Source: the human T2T-CHM13v2.0 reference genome, Homo sapiens
Length of the DNA: 64,000 nucleotides
Assembly (NCBI RefSeq): GCF_009914755.1
Contig: NC_060930.1
Reading direction: 5' to 3' (one strand)
Below are positions 38,248 to 50,012 of this stretch, in pieces (position 1 is the first letter of the stretch; each line of letters opens with the position of its first letter). The position numbers and the translations under genes are program-made. The notes below the pieces were generated by a model. The model was not told the DNA's origin. It searched no databases and saw only the letters and a program-made list of their open reading frames with translations.

Positions 38248-39920
38248 TGAAACCACCTTTGCAAAGATTATGACAGTGAGAGAAATCTAACATGGGTGAT
38301 TGTTGTGGGAAGTCAGGGACACTGAATGGAGGGACCGGCTGAAGCCATGGCAGAAGAACATAAATTGGGAAGATTTCATGGACATTTATCACTTCCGCAA
38401 TCAATACTCTTATAATTTCCTATGCTTGTCTTTACTTTATTCTCTTAATCCTGTCATCTTCGTAAGCTGAGGATGTATGTCGCCTCAGGATCCTGTGATG
38501 ATTGCGTTATCTGCACAAATTGTTTGTAGAGCATGTGTGTTTGAATGATATGAAATCTGGGCACCTAGAAAAAGAATAGGATAACAGCAGTTTTCAGGGA
38601 ACACGGGAGATAACCATAAAGTCTGACTGCCTGCAGGGCTGGGCGGAACAGAGTCATATTTCTCTTCTTGCAAAAGCGAGTAAGAGAAATATCGCTGAAT
38701 TCTTTTTCTCAGCAAGGAAAAGCCCTGGGAAAAGAATGCACTCCCAGGTGGAAGCCTCTAAAATGGCCGCTCTGGGAGTGTCTGTCTTATGCAGTTCTAG
38801 ATAAGGGATGAAATACACCATGGTCTCCTGCAGCGCCCCCAGGCTTGTTAGGATTGGGAAATTCCAGCCTGGTGAAATTCTAGTCAGACCAGTTCTCTGC
38901 TCTTGAACCCTGTTTCCTGTTAAGATGTTTAGCAGTGACAATACGTGCACAGTGGGACAGGGAACCTCATCAGTAATTCTAATTTCACCCTGGCCTTGTG
39001 ACCTTTCCCTGTCCATTTGCCTTGTGATATTTTATTGCCCTTGAAGCATGTGATCTCTGTGACCCACACCCTATTCATACACCCCTCCCCTTTTGAAATC
39101 CGTAATAAAAACTTGCTGGTTTTGCGGGTCAGGGGGCATCACAGAACCTGCCAACACGTGATGTTTACCCCAGACACCCAGCTTTAAAATTTCTCTCTTT
39201 TGTTCTCTTTCCCTTTATTTCTCAGACCAGCTGACACTTAGGGAAAATAGAAAAGAACCTATGTTGAAATACTGGGGGCTAGTACACCCAGTAGGTGATT
39301 TTATCTTGTTTCCATGGATAGCCTCACAGGCTGGCTGTCTTTGCTCATTCCTGGGCATAGGCCAAGCTAACCATGAGAGGAATTTAGTTTATAGTTTAAC
39401 TTGGAAGCAAGGATGATCCCTCCCTAAAATAAATCCCCTCCTTTTTCCTGAGCTGAAACCACCTTTGTAAGACTAATAAAAGGCCACAAGATTAGGAATA
39501 AGGTGGGTGGGGGGCACCAAATGCTGCTAACATATAGGTGTAGTTTCTATAATCCCTTAGTGCTCAGGAGTCATGTGGCCAGAAGTCACAAAATTTGTGA
39601 ATTCCCCATTGCTCCTGTAGATAACATCACAATTGCAGGACTTAGAATTAGTGGATTCAGCACACAAGGACCATTTGCCACACCCCTGTGATTGCATCCC
39701 CAACCAATCAGCAGCACCCATTTTCTAGACCCCTGCCCATCAAGCTATACTTGAAAAACCCTAACCTCTAAGTCTTTGGGGAGGTTGATTTGAGTAATAA
39801 TTCATCTATTAGCATGGCTAGCCTAGCATTAATTAAACTCTTTCTTTACTGTAATACTAAGGTCTCAGTAAATTGGTTTTGTCTGTGCAGCAGGCAGAAT
39901 GAACCCATCAGGCAATTACA
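38248..39920 (+). mobile_element. LTR8A/8B-like ERV1 solo LTR, interrupted by MER11
   Basis: TGAAACCACCTTTGCAAAGATTATGACAG start, GAACCCATCAGGCAATTACA end; TSD GTAA/CTAA. Confidence 0.88.
38301..39293 (+). mobile_element. MER11 (HERV-K11/HML-8) solo LTR
   Basis: TGTTGTGGGAAGTCAGGGAC start; AATAAA at about 39104; perfect 6-bp TSD GGTGAT (38295, 39294), typical of ERVK. Confidence 0.95.
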
Positions 39921-40046
39921 CTAAGAACAGGAGCTTTGATGGAAGTCAGAGAGCAGGGTCTCAATAGTGGCCTGCCTCTAAACCTCAGTTTCTTTATCTA
40001 TACAATGAATATAGGCCTGCCCCTAAATCTCAGTTTCTTTATAAAA

Positions 40047-40348
40047 TGGGTGTGGTGGCCCACACCTGTAATCCCAACACTTTTAGAGGTTAAGGCAGGA
40101 GGATTGCTTGAGTCCAGAAATTTGAGATGAGCCTGGGCAACATGGCAAAATCCTATCTCTACAAAAAAACTAAAAAATAAACATTAACCTGGGCTTGGTG
40201 GTTTGTGCCTGTGGTCCAAGCTACTCCAAGCTACTGAGCACCCAAAGTAGGAAGATCCCTTGAGCCCAGGAGGTTGAGGCTACAGTGAGCTGTGTTCATG
40301 CCATGCATTCCAGCCTGGGTGACAGTGAGATCCTGTCTAAAAAAAAAA
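40047..40348 (+). mobile_element. AluJ
   Basis: GGAGGATTGCTTGAG...AGGTTGAGGCTACAGTGAGC and A-tail. Confidence 0.92.
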
Positions 40349-40573
40349 GGGTTTAATCAGTATATCATATTCTTAAATTTTTTGGTAAAGATCAAGTTAA
40401 AAAAAAATATATGTAACCTGCACACCAGAAAGCCTGGTATACGTTGGGTCCCTTTCTTCCTTCTTGATATAACACTTAAATACATGTAGCCACTTCTGAT
40501 TTGATGAAGAAAAGTTATTAGACCTAACACTGACTTCGATTTCTTTATGTGTGGGGAGAATCACTCACCCCTC

Positions 40574-40604
<31 letters not shown>

Positions 40605-40624
40605 AAACAAACAAAACCCAGAGA

Positions 40625-41281
40625 TGTTATGGGCTTAATTGCATTCCTTCCAAATTCATATGTTGAAGCACTGATCAACAATGCTTTAAAATGTTAAACT
40701 GTGACCATATTTGTAAATAGGACCTTTCAAGAGGCAATTATATTCAAATGAGGCACTTAGGATGGGCCATAATTCAATATTACTGATATCCTTATCAGTA
40801 AATTGAATTAAATCAGAGGAAATTGACAGCCTGGGCAAGACAGTGAGTTGCTGTTTTTACAAAATTTTTTAAAAAAATTAGCCAGGCATGGTGGCACTTG
40901 CCTACAGTCCCAGCTACTTGGGAGGCTGAGGTGGGAGGATCTCTTGAGCCCAGGAACTCAAGGCAGCAGTGAAATATGATCATGCCAATGCATTCCAGCC
41001 TGGGAGATAAAGTGAGACCTTGTCTCAAATTAAATAAATAAATATAAAAATAAAAGGAAACTGAGACACACATTGAGAGGCACCAGGGGCATGCACAACC
41101 ACAGAGCAAAGACCATATGAAGCCATCTGCAAGCCAAAAAGAGAGGCCTCAGAAGAAACCAACTCTGCCAATACCTTAGTCTTGGAATTCAGGCCTCCAG
41201 AACTGTGAGAAATACATTTTCCTTCTTTAAGTCATCCAGTCTGTGGTATTTTCTTTATAGCAGCACTAACAAACTAATGCA
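40625..41281 (+). mobile_element. MLT1A0/B-like MaLR LTR, interrupted by an Alu
   Basis: CAAATTCATATGTTGAAG, GCCATCTGCAAGCCAA...GAGGCCTCAGAAGAAACCAAC and CCTCCAGAACTGTGAGAAA. Confidence 0.88.
40827..41052 (+). mobile_element. 5'-truncated AluJ
   Basis: End of the left arm plus the right arm; TSD AGAGGAAATTGA/AAAGGAAACTGA. Confidence 0.9.
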
Positions 41282-41651
41282 AGGAGTTTCCCTAACTTCA
41301 AGGGGCCAGATTGTCCAAGCACAGCCTGTGATTGACTCATCTGTTTCGCCAATGCTGTGTTAGGGGCACAGGGTTCTAGAAGTTTACCATATAAATTTCA
41401 CATACAATGTCAGAGGCCTGCTTTTCTTTTGCTCAGAAGGCTGTATTTTTGTGAACTGAATATCTGTGTGATCCATTTTTTGCATATGCCAGTGGTTTAG
41501 AAATGTACAATGAGTGAAGCCAAGCATAGAATGTGTTACCAAGGAAAAGAGGATACATATTGTTGATGAACAAATGGATGGAAATGGAAGGAAGTACCCA
41601 TACTTTCATTCAGCACAAGGTGTCTCCTATCTATGATTCTTTATAAGGTCT

Positions 41652-43972
41652 AGATATGGTTTGACTGTGTCCCCACCCCAATCTCGAATTGTAGTTCCCA
41701 TAATCCCCATGTATCACGGGAGGGACCTAGTGGGAGGTAATTTAGTCATGGGGTGGTTTCCCCCATGCTATTCTCATGGTAGTAAGTTCTCACAAGATCT
41801 AATGGTTTTATAAGCGGCTTCTCCCTTTGCTTGGCTCTCATTCTTCTCTCTCCTGCCGTCTTGTGAAGAAAAACATGTTTGCTTCCCCTTCTGCCATGAT
41901 TGTAAGTTTCCTGAGGCTTCCCAAGTCCTGCAGAAATGTGAGTCAAGTAAACCTCTTTCCTTTATAAATGACCAAGTCTCAGTTATGTCCTTATAGCAGC
42001 GTGAGAATGGACTAATACAGTAAATTGGTACTGAGAGTGGGGTGCTGCTATAAAGCTTCTACCTGAAAATGTAGAAGTGACTTTGGAACTGGGTGACAAG
42101 CAGAGGTTGGAAAAGTTTGGAGGGCTCAGAAGAAGACAGGAAAATGTTGCCAAGCTTGGAACTTCCTAGAGACTTGTAGGGCTCAGAAAACAGGAAGATA
42201 TGGGAAATTTTGGAACTTTCTAGACATTTGTTGAATGGCTTGGGCCAAAATGCTGATAGTGATATGGACAAAGGTGCTATTATATGGAGATGAGGAACTT
42301 GTTGGAAACTGAAGTAAAAGTCACTCTTGCTATGCAAAGAGACTGGTAGCATTTTGCCCCTGCCCAAGAGATCTATGGAACTTTGAACTTGAGAGAGATG
42401 ACTTGGGGTATCTGGTAGAGGAAATTTCTAAGTGGCAAAGCATTCAAGAGGAAGCAGAACATAAAAGTTTGGAAAATTTGTAGCCTGATGATGTGATAGA
42501 GAAGAAAAACCCATTTTCTGGGGAGAAACTCAAGCCTACTGCAGAAATTTGCCTAAGTAACGAGAAGCCAATTGTTAATCACCAAAACAATGGAGAAAAT
42601 GTCTTCAGGACATGTCAGAGACCTGCATGGCAGACCCTCCCATCAGAAGCCTGAAGGCCTAGGAGGGAAAAATTGTTCATTGGCTGGGCCTAGGGCTCCC
42701 CTGCTCTTGGCAGCCTCAGAACATGGTGCCCTGTATCTCAGCTGCTTCAGCTCCAGCCATGGCTAAGAGGGTCCAAATGTACAGCTCAGGCCATTGCTTC
42801 AGAGGGTGCAAGCCCCAAGCCTCTGTGGCTTACACATGGTGTTGGGCCTGTGGGTACACAGAAGTCAAGAATTGAAGTTTGGGAATCTCTGCCTAGATTT
42901 CAGAGAATATATGAAAACGTCTGATATCCAGGCAGAAGATTGATGCAGGGATGGAACCCTCATGGAGGACCTCTGCTAGGGCAGTGCTGAAGGAAAATTG
43001 GGGGTGCTAGCCCCCATATAGAGTCCCCACTGGGGTACTGCCTGGTGGAGCTGTGAAAAGAGGGCCACCATTCTCCAGACCACAGAATGGTAGATCCACT
43101 GACAGCTTGCACCATACACCTGGAAAAACCACAGAAACTCAATGCTAGCCCATGAAAGCAGCTGGGAGTGGGGCTGTATCCTGCAAATTTATAGGCGTGG
43201 AGCTGCCCAAGGCTGTGGGAGCCCACCTCTTGCATCAGTATGACCTGGGTGTGAGAAATGAAGTCAAAGGAGATCATTTTGGAACTTTAAGGTTTAATGC
43301 CTGCCCCGTTGGACTTTGGACTTGCACAGGTCCTATAGCCCCTTTGTTTTGGCCAATTTATTCCATTTGGAATGGGTGTATTTACCCAATGCTTGTACCC
43401 CCATTGTATCTAGGAAGTAACTAGCTTTTGATTTTACAGGCTTATAGTTGGAAGGGACTTGCCTTGTCTCATATGAGACTTTGGATTTGGACTTTTTAGT
43501 TAATGCTAGAATGAGTTAAGATTTTGGGGGACTGTTGGAAGGGCTTGTGTTTTGAAATGTGAGGACATGAGATTTGGGAGAGGCTAGGGTGGAAGGATAT
43601 GATTTGGCTGTGTCTCCAACCAAATCTCATCTGAAATTGTAGTTCCCATGATCTCCACATGTCATGGGAGGGACTCGATGGGAGGTTATTGAATCATGAG
43701 GGTGGTTTTTCCAATGCTATTCTTATGATAGTGAGTAAGTTTTCATGAGATCTGATGGTTTTATAAGGTGGTTCCCCCTTAGCTTGGCTCTCATTCTTCT
43801 CTCTCCTGCCACCTTGTGAAGAAGGACATGTTTGTTTCCCCTTTCACCATGATTGCAAGTTTCCTGAGGCCTCCCCAGCCCTGCAGAACTGTGAGTGAAT
43901 TAAACCTCTTTCTTTTATAAATTACCCAGTCTTGGGTATGTCCTTGTAGCAGCATGAGAATGAACTAATACA
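41652..43972 (+). mobile_element. Complete THE1C-like MaLR provirus (5' LTR 41652-42019, internal 42020-43594, 3' LTR 43595-43972)
   Basis: Two homologous LTRs; THE1-int start GTAAATTGGTAC; perfect TSD GGTCT (41647, 43973). Confidence 0.96.
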
Positions 43973-44389
43973 GGTCTTATATTAATGCTTTATTTGTTGA
44001 AAACATTCACACTTTATTACCTTCCAAGAAGAAATGTATTTTGACTTCTACATTTGTATGAAAGCCCCTAGGCATCTAGGCTTTCACAAGATGCAATACA
44101 AAAAACCAAGCAAGCTACTTTAAAACAATGGCTAGTGACAAAACACATAGGGAGAAGAGAACAACTTACTCTGTGAAATTACGATTGTTTAGAATGCATA
44201 AAGGTCACCAGTGGAACAAGTCTCCAGAGTAGTAGCAGGAAAGAAAAACACACATACACAAAATAAGTTATCAAAGAAGACACCAAAGATGATATACAAA
44301 TTCTCAATTGTTATTGTTTTTGCCTAATATTGAGCAGATCTATTAATAGGCACCCAAGCTATAACCATAATTTAGTTATATTTCTAATG

Positions 44390-44765
44390 CTTCATCCTCT
44401 TGATGTCTCTTTGCACATGCCATTTCCTCTGCCAGGAATGCCCTCCTTGTTGTTGCTCCCTAGGCAACCTCTCATTTCTTTGAGATCCAGATCTCTGTCA
44501 CGTTCTCTGTGGTACATTTTGACTCTTTCAGACAGCTGTGTCATTCCCTGAGCCACACCTTCTATCCCTCTTGTTAGCAAATCACTGTGTACACCTTTAC
44601 CATGATCCTTAGCACACACTGTGCCATGACTCCATGTGTTAATATGACCATTTTCCCCAGCAGATCAGGAAACACTTGAAAGCGCGGACTCTATTTTTAT
44701 TTCCTCACTGCCTCACTCTGCGCCTGTAGAATGAACACAGACATTCAATGCAAGTTTGAAAACAG
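44390..44765 (+). mobile_element. L2 3' fragment
   Basis: TTTGCACATGCCATTTCCTCTGCCAGGAATGCCCT and an L2-like tail. Confidence 0.65.
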
Positions 44766-45463
44766 TCATTTTCAAATATATATGGAAGTATATATTTCAA
44801 ATATAACATATATGTATATATATCTGTATATATAACATACAATATATAATAATATATACACACATATAGCCTTAGTATATTCTGAGAGTTGAAGAAATTC
44901 AAATTTTGAAGAATGATAGCAAGCAAAATGGGAGCTATCATGGAGGCCTCCTTTCCCCCAGAAGTAGCATTGCCAACTGACCATCTTTCTCATGTCTTTC
45001 TAATTATTTACCTGCAAATAGATGTGCATACATCCTTCTTCTTTCTTAGGTAACTGGTATTTTACTAAACCTACTGAAGCTACAACATTCTTTTTTCACT
45101 TAACAATATTCATGTAGCTATTTTCACTTCAGTAGCTCACTTTTATCAGTAACAGGTGTGTTTCAATAACCACTTACCCATTAATGACCATTTAAGTTCT
45201 TAGCTCTTTTTATTTGTTTGCATGCTTGGTTTTGCTAGCACAGCTAATGAAACAGTAATCATCTTTGTACCTATAGCTTTGAGCACATGTGCCGGCATCC
45301 ATTAAAAGTAGATCACCAGAAATGAAATTGTTCCAACAAAGGAGATGTACATTTAAAATACAAGCAGGTACTTACAATTTTCTTTCCAAAGAGGTTTCAT
45401 TAATTTAAACTGTACTTGAGGGTATGAGAATGCTCTTTTCAATGAATTCTAAGCATTGCTTAA

Positions 45464-45967
<504 letters not shown>

Positions 45968-46749
45968 TAGGGGCTCCTTACATAGTTTGATATTAACGTT
46001 TTTTGTTAGATGAGTTATAGATGTTTTCTCCCAAGCATCACTTGAGTTTTTACATTTGAATAATGTCTTATCTTTTAAAAGTTTTAAAAAATGTATTTTT
46101 TAACACAAGGTCAGATGTATTCGTTTATTTCTTCTACTTTCTGGAATTTTAAAATATAGCTTAGAAAGGCTTACAATATCTCAAGTTATAAAAATATTCT
46201 CCTATATTTTATTTATGTCTCATAGCTTAACTTTTTTACATTTAACTTTTTTTTTCTTCAGTGTTTATTTGTATGTTATTTGATATGGAGGGGGTCTAAT
46301 TTAACAGTTCTCTAAATGAATAAACCATTGTCACAAACCATCCATTACATTGCCCTTATCTTTCCCTTACTGATTTGAGATACACCAGTTTTCATACATT
46401 AAGAACATACATATATAGGTGAATTTCCATACCCTATTCTATTACATTCGTCTATTTCTTTATGTCTGCACCAAATCAACAATGTTTTAATTACTTTAAC
46501 TTTATAGAATCTTGAAGTCTTCTTTTGTTCTTTTTAAAAATGCTTTTAGTGTTAAAGATTTGTCTTTCCATGTGAACTTTAGAATTAGTTTGTCAAGTTT
46601 TAATTTAAAAAATCAAAGTAAGATTTTATTTAAAATTCCATGAATTATGGAGTGAGTTGAGGAGTCTCAACTTATTTATGAAGCTGAGTTTTCCCATTTA
46701 GAAACATGGCATAATGTCTCTATTTGATTTGGGGTAAATCATTTAATTT

Positions 46750-46912
46750 ATCTGCACATTAGTTTCCTCATCTATGAAATGGGAATAGTAACAGTATTGA
46801 CTCAAAGGATTGCTATAAAATGAGGATGAAATTAGATAATATAAGGAAAGGCTGAGGTACATTACCTGATATTTAGTAAGTGCTAGTAAATAATAGTTTT
46901 TATTATTACTGT
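46750..46912 (+). mobile_element. MIR 3' half
   Basis: AGTTTCCTCATCTATGAAATGGGAATAGTAACAGTA...TAGTAAGTGCT. Confidence 0.75.
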
Positions 46913-47217
46913 AATTATTATTAATCAATTAGACTACTCTGTTTTCCATTACTATTTTATAATTTTCTTAATATATATGGCTAGGTCTTATATATTATCT
47001 ATTAGATTTAAATTCAGGTATTTTATATTTTCTAATTGATATTGTGGCTGTATGCATTTATTTTAAAAGGTGATATCATAACTGGGAGTGTTTACTAACT
47101 CTTACTACTTTTACTGGTTTTCCAGCAAATTTCTTAGATTTTAAAATGAAAAATCATTGTATCTACAAATGCTTTCCAAAATGTATGCTTCAGATTTTAC
47201 TTGTCTCATTGAATTAG

Positions 47218-47426
47218 CAATGGTCATAGACTCAAATCTCTATCAAGGCCAATTAACATCAATGAGCGAATTAGGAGCTGAGCCAAAAGGAAGAAAGTGG
47301 TGAGAACTTGTTGTAAACTGGGGAATGCATTGCCTGTCTAAAGATATAACAATATGTTGAAGAGGCCAAGCAGAACAGATCCACAGGCTATGTTTGGTCC
47401 AAGGAATGCCATTTTTTTGTATCCTG
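47218..47426 (-). mobile_element. MER102-like hAT-Charlie element
   Basis: ACTCAAAT...AATGAGCGAA...AAACTGGGGAATGCATTGCCTGTCTAAAG...ATCCACAGGC. Confidence 0.6.
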
Positions 47427-47450
47427 ATTTACAAAGTCATCACACTAGAG

Positions 47451-48863
47451 TAGTCATTCTCAAAGTGTAAACTGGATAATTCCTGGGAGTTCTCAACAGA
47501 CTTTTAAGGTCAAAACTATTCTCCTAATAATACTAAAACATTATTTGCTTTTTTACTTGGTCAATATTTACACCAAAAAACAATTGGCTTTTTAGTACAA
47601 ATCAAGGCAGTGGCTCTAAACTCCTAGCACCCATTGCATTTTTTATTGCCACACGCACACAGAGTGAAGAAAATGGCCAGTTTCATTTAAATATATTCTT
47701 GATGAAGCAATAAAAATTACAGATTTTATTAAATCTCAACCCTTGAGTACACCCCTTTTAATATCCTATGTGAAGAATTAGGAGTATGCATAAAGCACCT
47801 TGGCTGCTTAACTGAGAATAATGGTTGTCTTGAGGAAAAGCACTTATGCAGTTGTTTGATTTACAAGCTGAACTAGCTCCTTTTTTTTTTTTTTTTTTTT
47901 TTTTTCATGAAACACCGTTTTTCCTTGAAAAGGGGCAGCAGAGAAACTATGGTGATTGGGACTTGTGTGTTTGCAGAAACTTTTTCAAAAGTGAACAAAG
48001 TGAGCCTTTACATTAAGGAAAACATCTGACAGTACTTGCTACCAATGATAAAATTCAAGCTTTTAAACAAAAATTAGAATTTTGGAAAGCTTCTAACCAA
48101 CACTAGGAGCTTCCTGATACTAAAAGATTTTTTCTTTGTGATCAGTGGTGATATTAATGAATTTTTTTGACACTGTATCATGAAATAAGTCAGCATTTAG
48201 ATCTGCATTACTCAGTGACTCAATATTTTCCATAAGACTAGTGAACAATGTTACAAAACCATGCATAGGCAAAGGATTCATTCAAAGTGAAATATAGACC
48301 AATAGATTATAACAGAATGTCAAAAGTTCACTGACAAGGTTTCAGATCCCACATTGCAACTAATCTTTAAGAACCTATAGGTTGTTGAATTTTAGTGTAG
48401 TATCAAAGAAGAATATTTACAATCATCCAAAAAGACTGCTCTTCCCCATTCCAACTACATATCTGTGTGAAGCTAGATTTTCTTCATTTACTTCATCTAA
48501 AACATTGCAATGCAATAGATAACAATGCAGAAACCAATATGAGGGTCCATTATCGTACATGAAGCCAGACTTTACAAAATGTTTCACAATAAAAAATGTA
48601 AATGAAACTTTTTTCACTATTTTTTGAAAAACACAGTTATTTGTGATAAAATTGCTGTTTATAGTAACTGAAAATCATGTCTGTAAAATCACCCATGTGA
48701 TTTTATTGTTTTTAATGTATTAATGAATATTTTAAAAATCTGTTTTAATTTCTAATATAGTAAATAACAGTAAAAATAAACCATATAAACAAAAGCTCTT
48801 GGGCATTCTCAATAATTTTTGAATGTAAAAGAGTTCTGAAACCAAAACATTTGATAACTGTTA
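47451..48863 (+). mobile_element. Charlie1a hAT DNA transposon fossil
   Basis: About 1.4 kb; degenerate terminal inverted repeats; decayed transposase blocks (TGGTTGTCTTGAGGAAAAGCACTT); 8-bp TSD CACTAGAG/CACTAGAC. Confidence 0.9.
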
Positions 48864-49011
48864 CACTAGACTTAGTTTACAGAGGTATTTATATTTTTAA
48901 AAGATAATTGCTTTTAAAATCTTTTTTGTTGCTATTCTAGGGATGCATTGTATTTGACTGAAAAACTGTTATGAAAATTCATGTCCGGTTTATATTAAAG
49001 GAAAATTAAAA

Positions 49012-49182
49012 CAAAAGATTAGCCAGACATGACGGCAGGAACCTGTAGTCAGAGCTGCTTGGAAGGCTGAGGTGGGAGGATCACTTGAGACATGGAGGTT
49101 GAGGCTGCAGTGAACCATGATCATACCACTGCACTCCAGCCAACAGAGTGGACAAAGTGAGACCTTGTTTAAAAAAAAAAAA
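49012..49182 (+). mobile_element. Alu right monomer (FRAM or truncated AluJ)
   Basis: ATTAGCCAG...GGCTGAGGTGGGAGGATCACTTGAG...A-tail. Confidence 0.85.
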
Positions 49183-49708
49183 GACAACAAAAAATCATAT
49201 TTTTGTTATTTTCTAGCTTTCAAAATATGTTAATGCCTACAAAAACAAGAAACTCTAGGCTGACCTTTATTTTTAAAAACATAAAACACATTTATAATGT
49301 AAAATCTGTGAAAACTTTAACCTCAAGGAAATGATTTTGTATTACTACATGAACACACAACTTTTACTATTATTTCATTAAAGAGAAGGAAAGAACCAGA
49401 TGAATCAGGCATGGGTTGTATGGCAATAGAGAGGAAAGGCTTCCTATGGAGGCCAGACACCAAGAACAAGTGTCACTCCTTACATACTGTAATTTGTAGA
49501 GCAGAGAGCAGTCTTCCAATCCTAAATACTCTCCTTTTTACTTGGGTATGTGTGTGCGTGCATGTATGTTTGATGGAGGGAATCCAGAAAGTGAAATGTA
49601 AGTGAATTTTGCATCACAAAATAGATAACATGAGATATTAATTGAACACTATACACTGATATCAATGAATACCTTAATTAGTTACCTGCTAAGAAAGGAA
49701 GATAATAA

Positions 49709-50012
49709 TGTTGTACTTTTCCTTAGTTCAGCTAAAGACAGGGTTCTTTGTCCCATGGCCATGAAAATTCAGGCTCACAGACATTTGAATGGTGAGTAAG
49801 ACAGGGTTTTATTGGGTGAAAAGGAAAAAAATGGGGAAACAGGACTCTGGCAAGGCCAGAGTTCCCTGCTAGAGCACTTCCCACTCACAGCTTCAATCCC
49901 AGGTTCCACACAGGAAGAGGAGGGGCCAGGCTCCTCCCCGCTCCACAAATGGTGCACATGCCCACCGACACTGGGAGTTTTTCTGGGGACCCCGTCTGAC
50001 CTGGTTGTCTCA
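49709..50012 (-). mobile_element. MER61-like ERV1 solo LTR
   Basis: CCTTAGTTCAGCTAAAGAC and GGAAGAGGAGGGGCCAGGCTCCTCCCC; TG...CA termini; TSD ATAA/GTAA. Confidence 0.85.

Noticed and set aside
42120-42230. Roughly 56-bp duplication in the THE1 internal region
   Set aside because: I recall it as a common THE1-int subfamily feature, and the copies are diverged
47451-48863. Domesticated or active hAT transposase
   Set aside because: No long ORF, many stops and a T25 run within it; it is a fossil
49944-49953. p53 element in the MER61-like LTR
   Set aside because: Only one imperfect half site (GCACATGCCC), with no adjacent second half site
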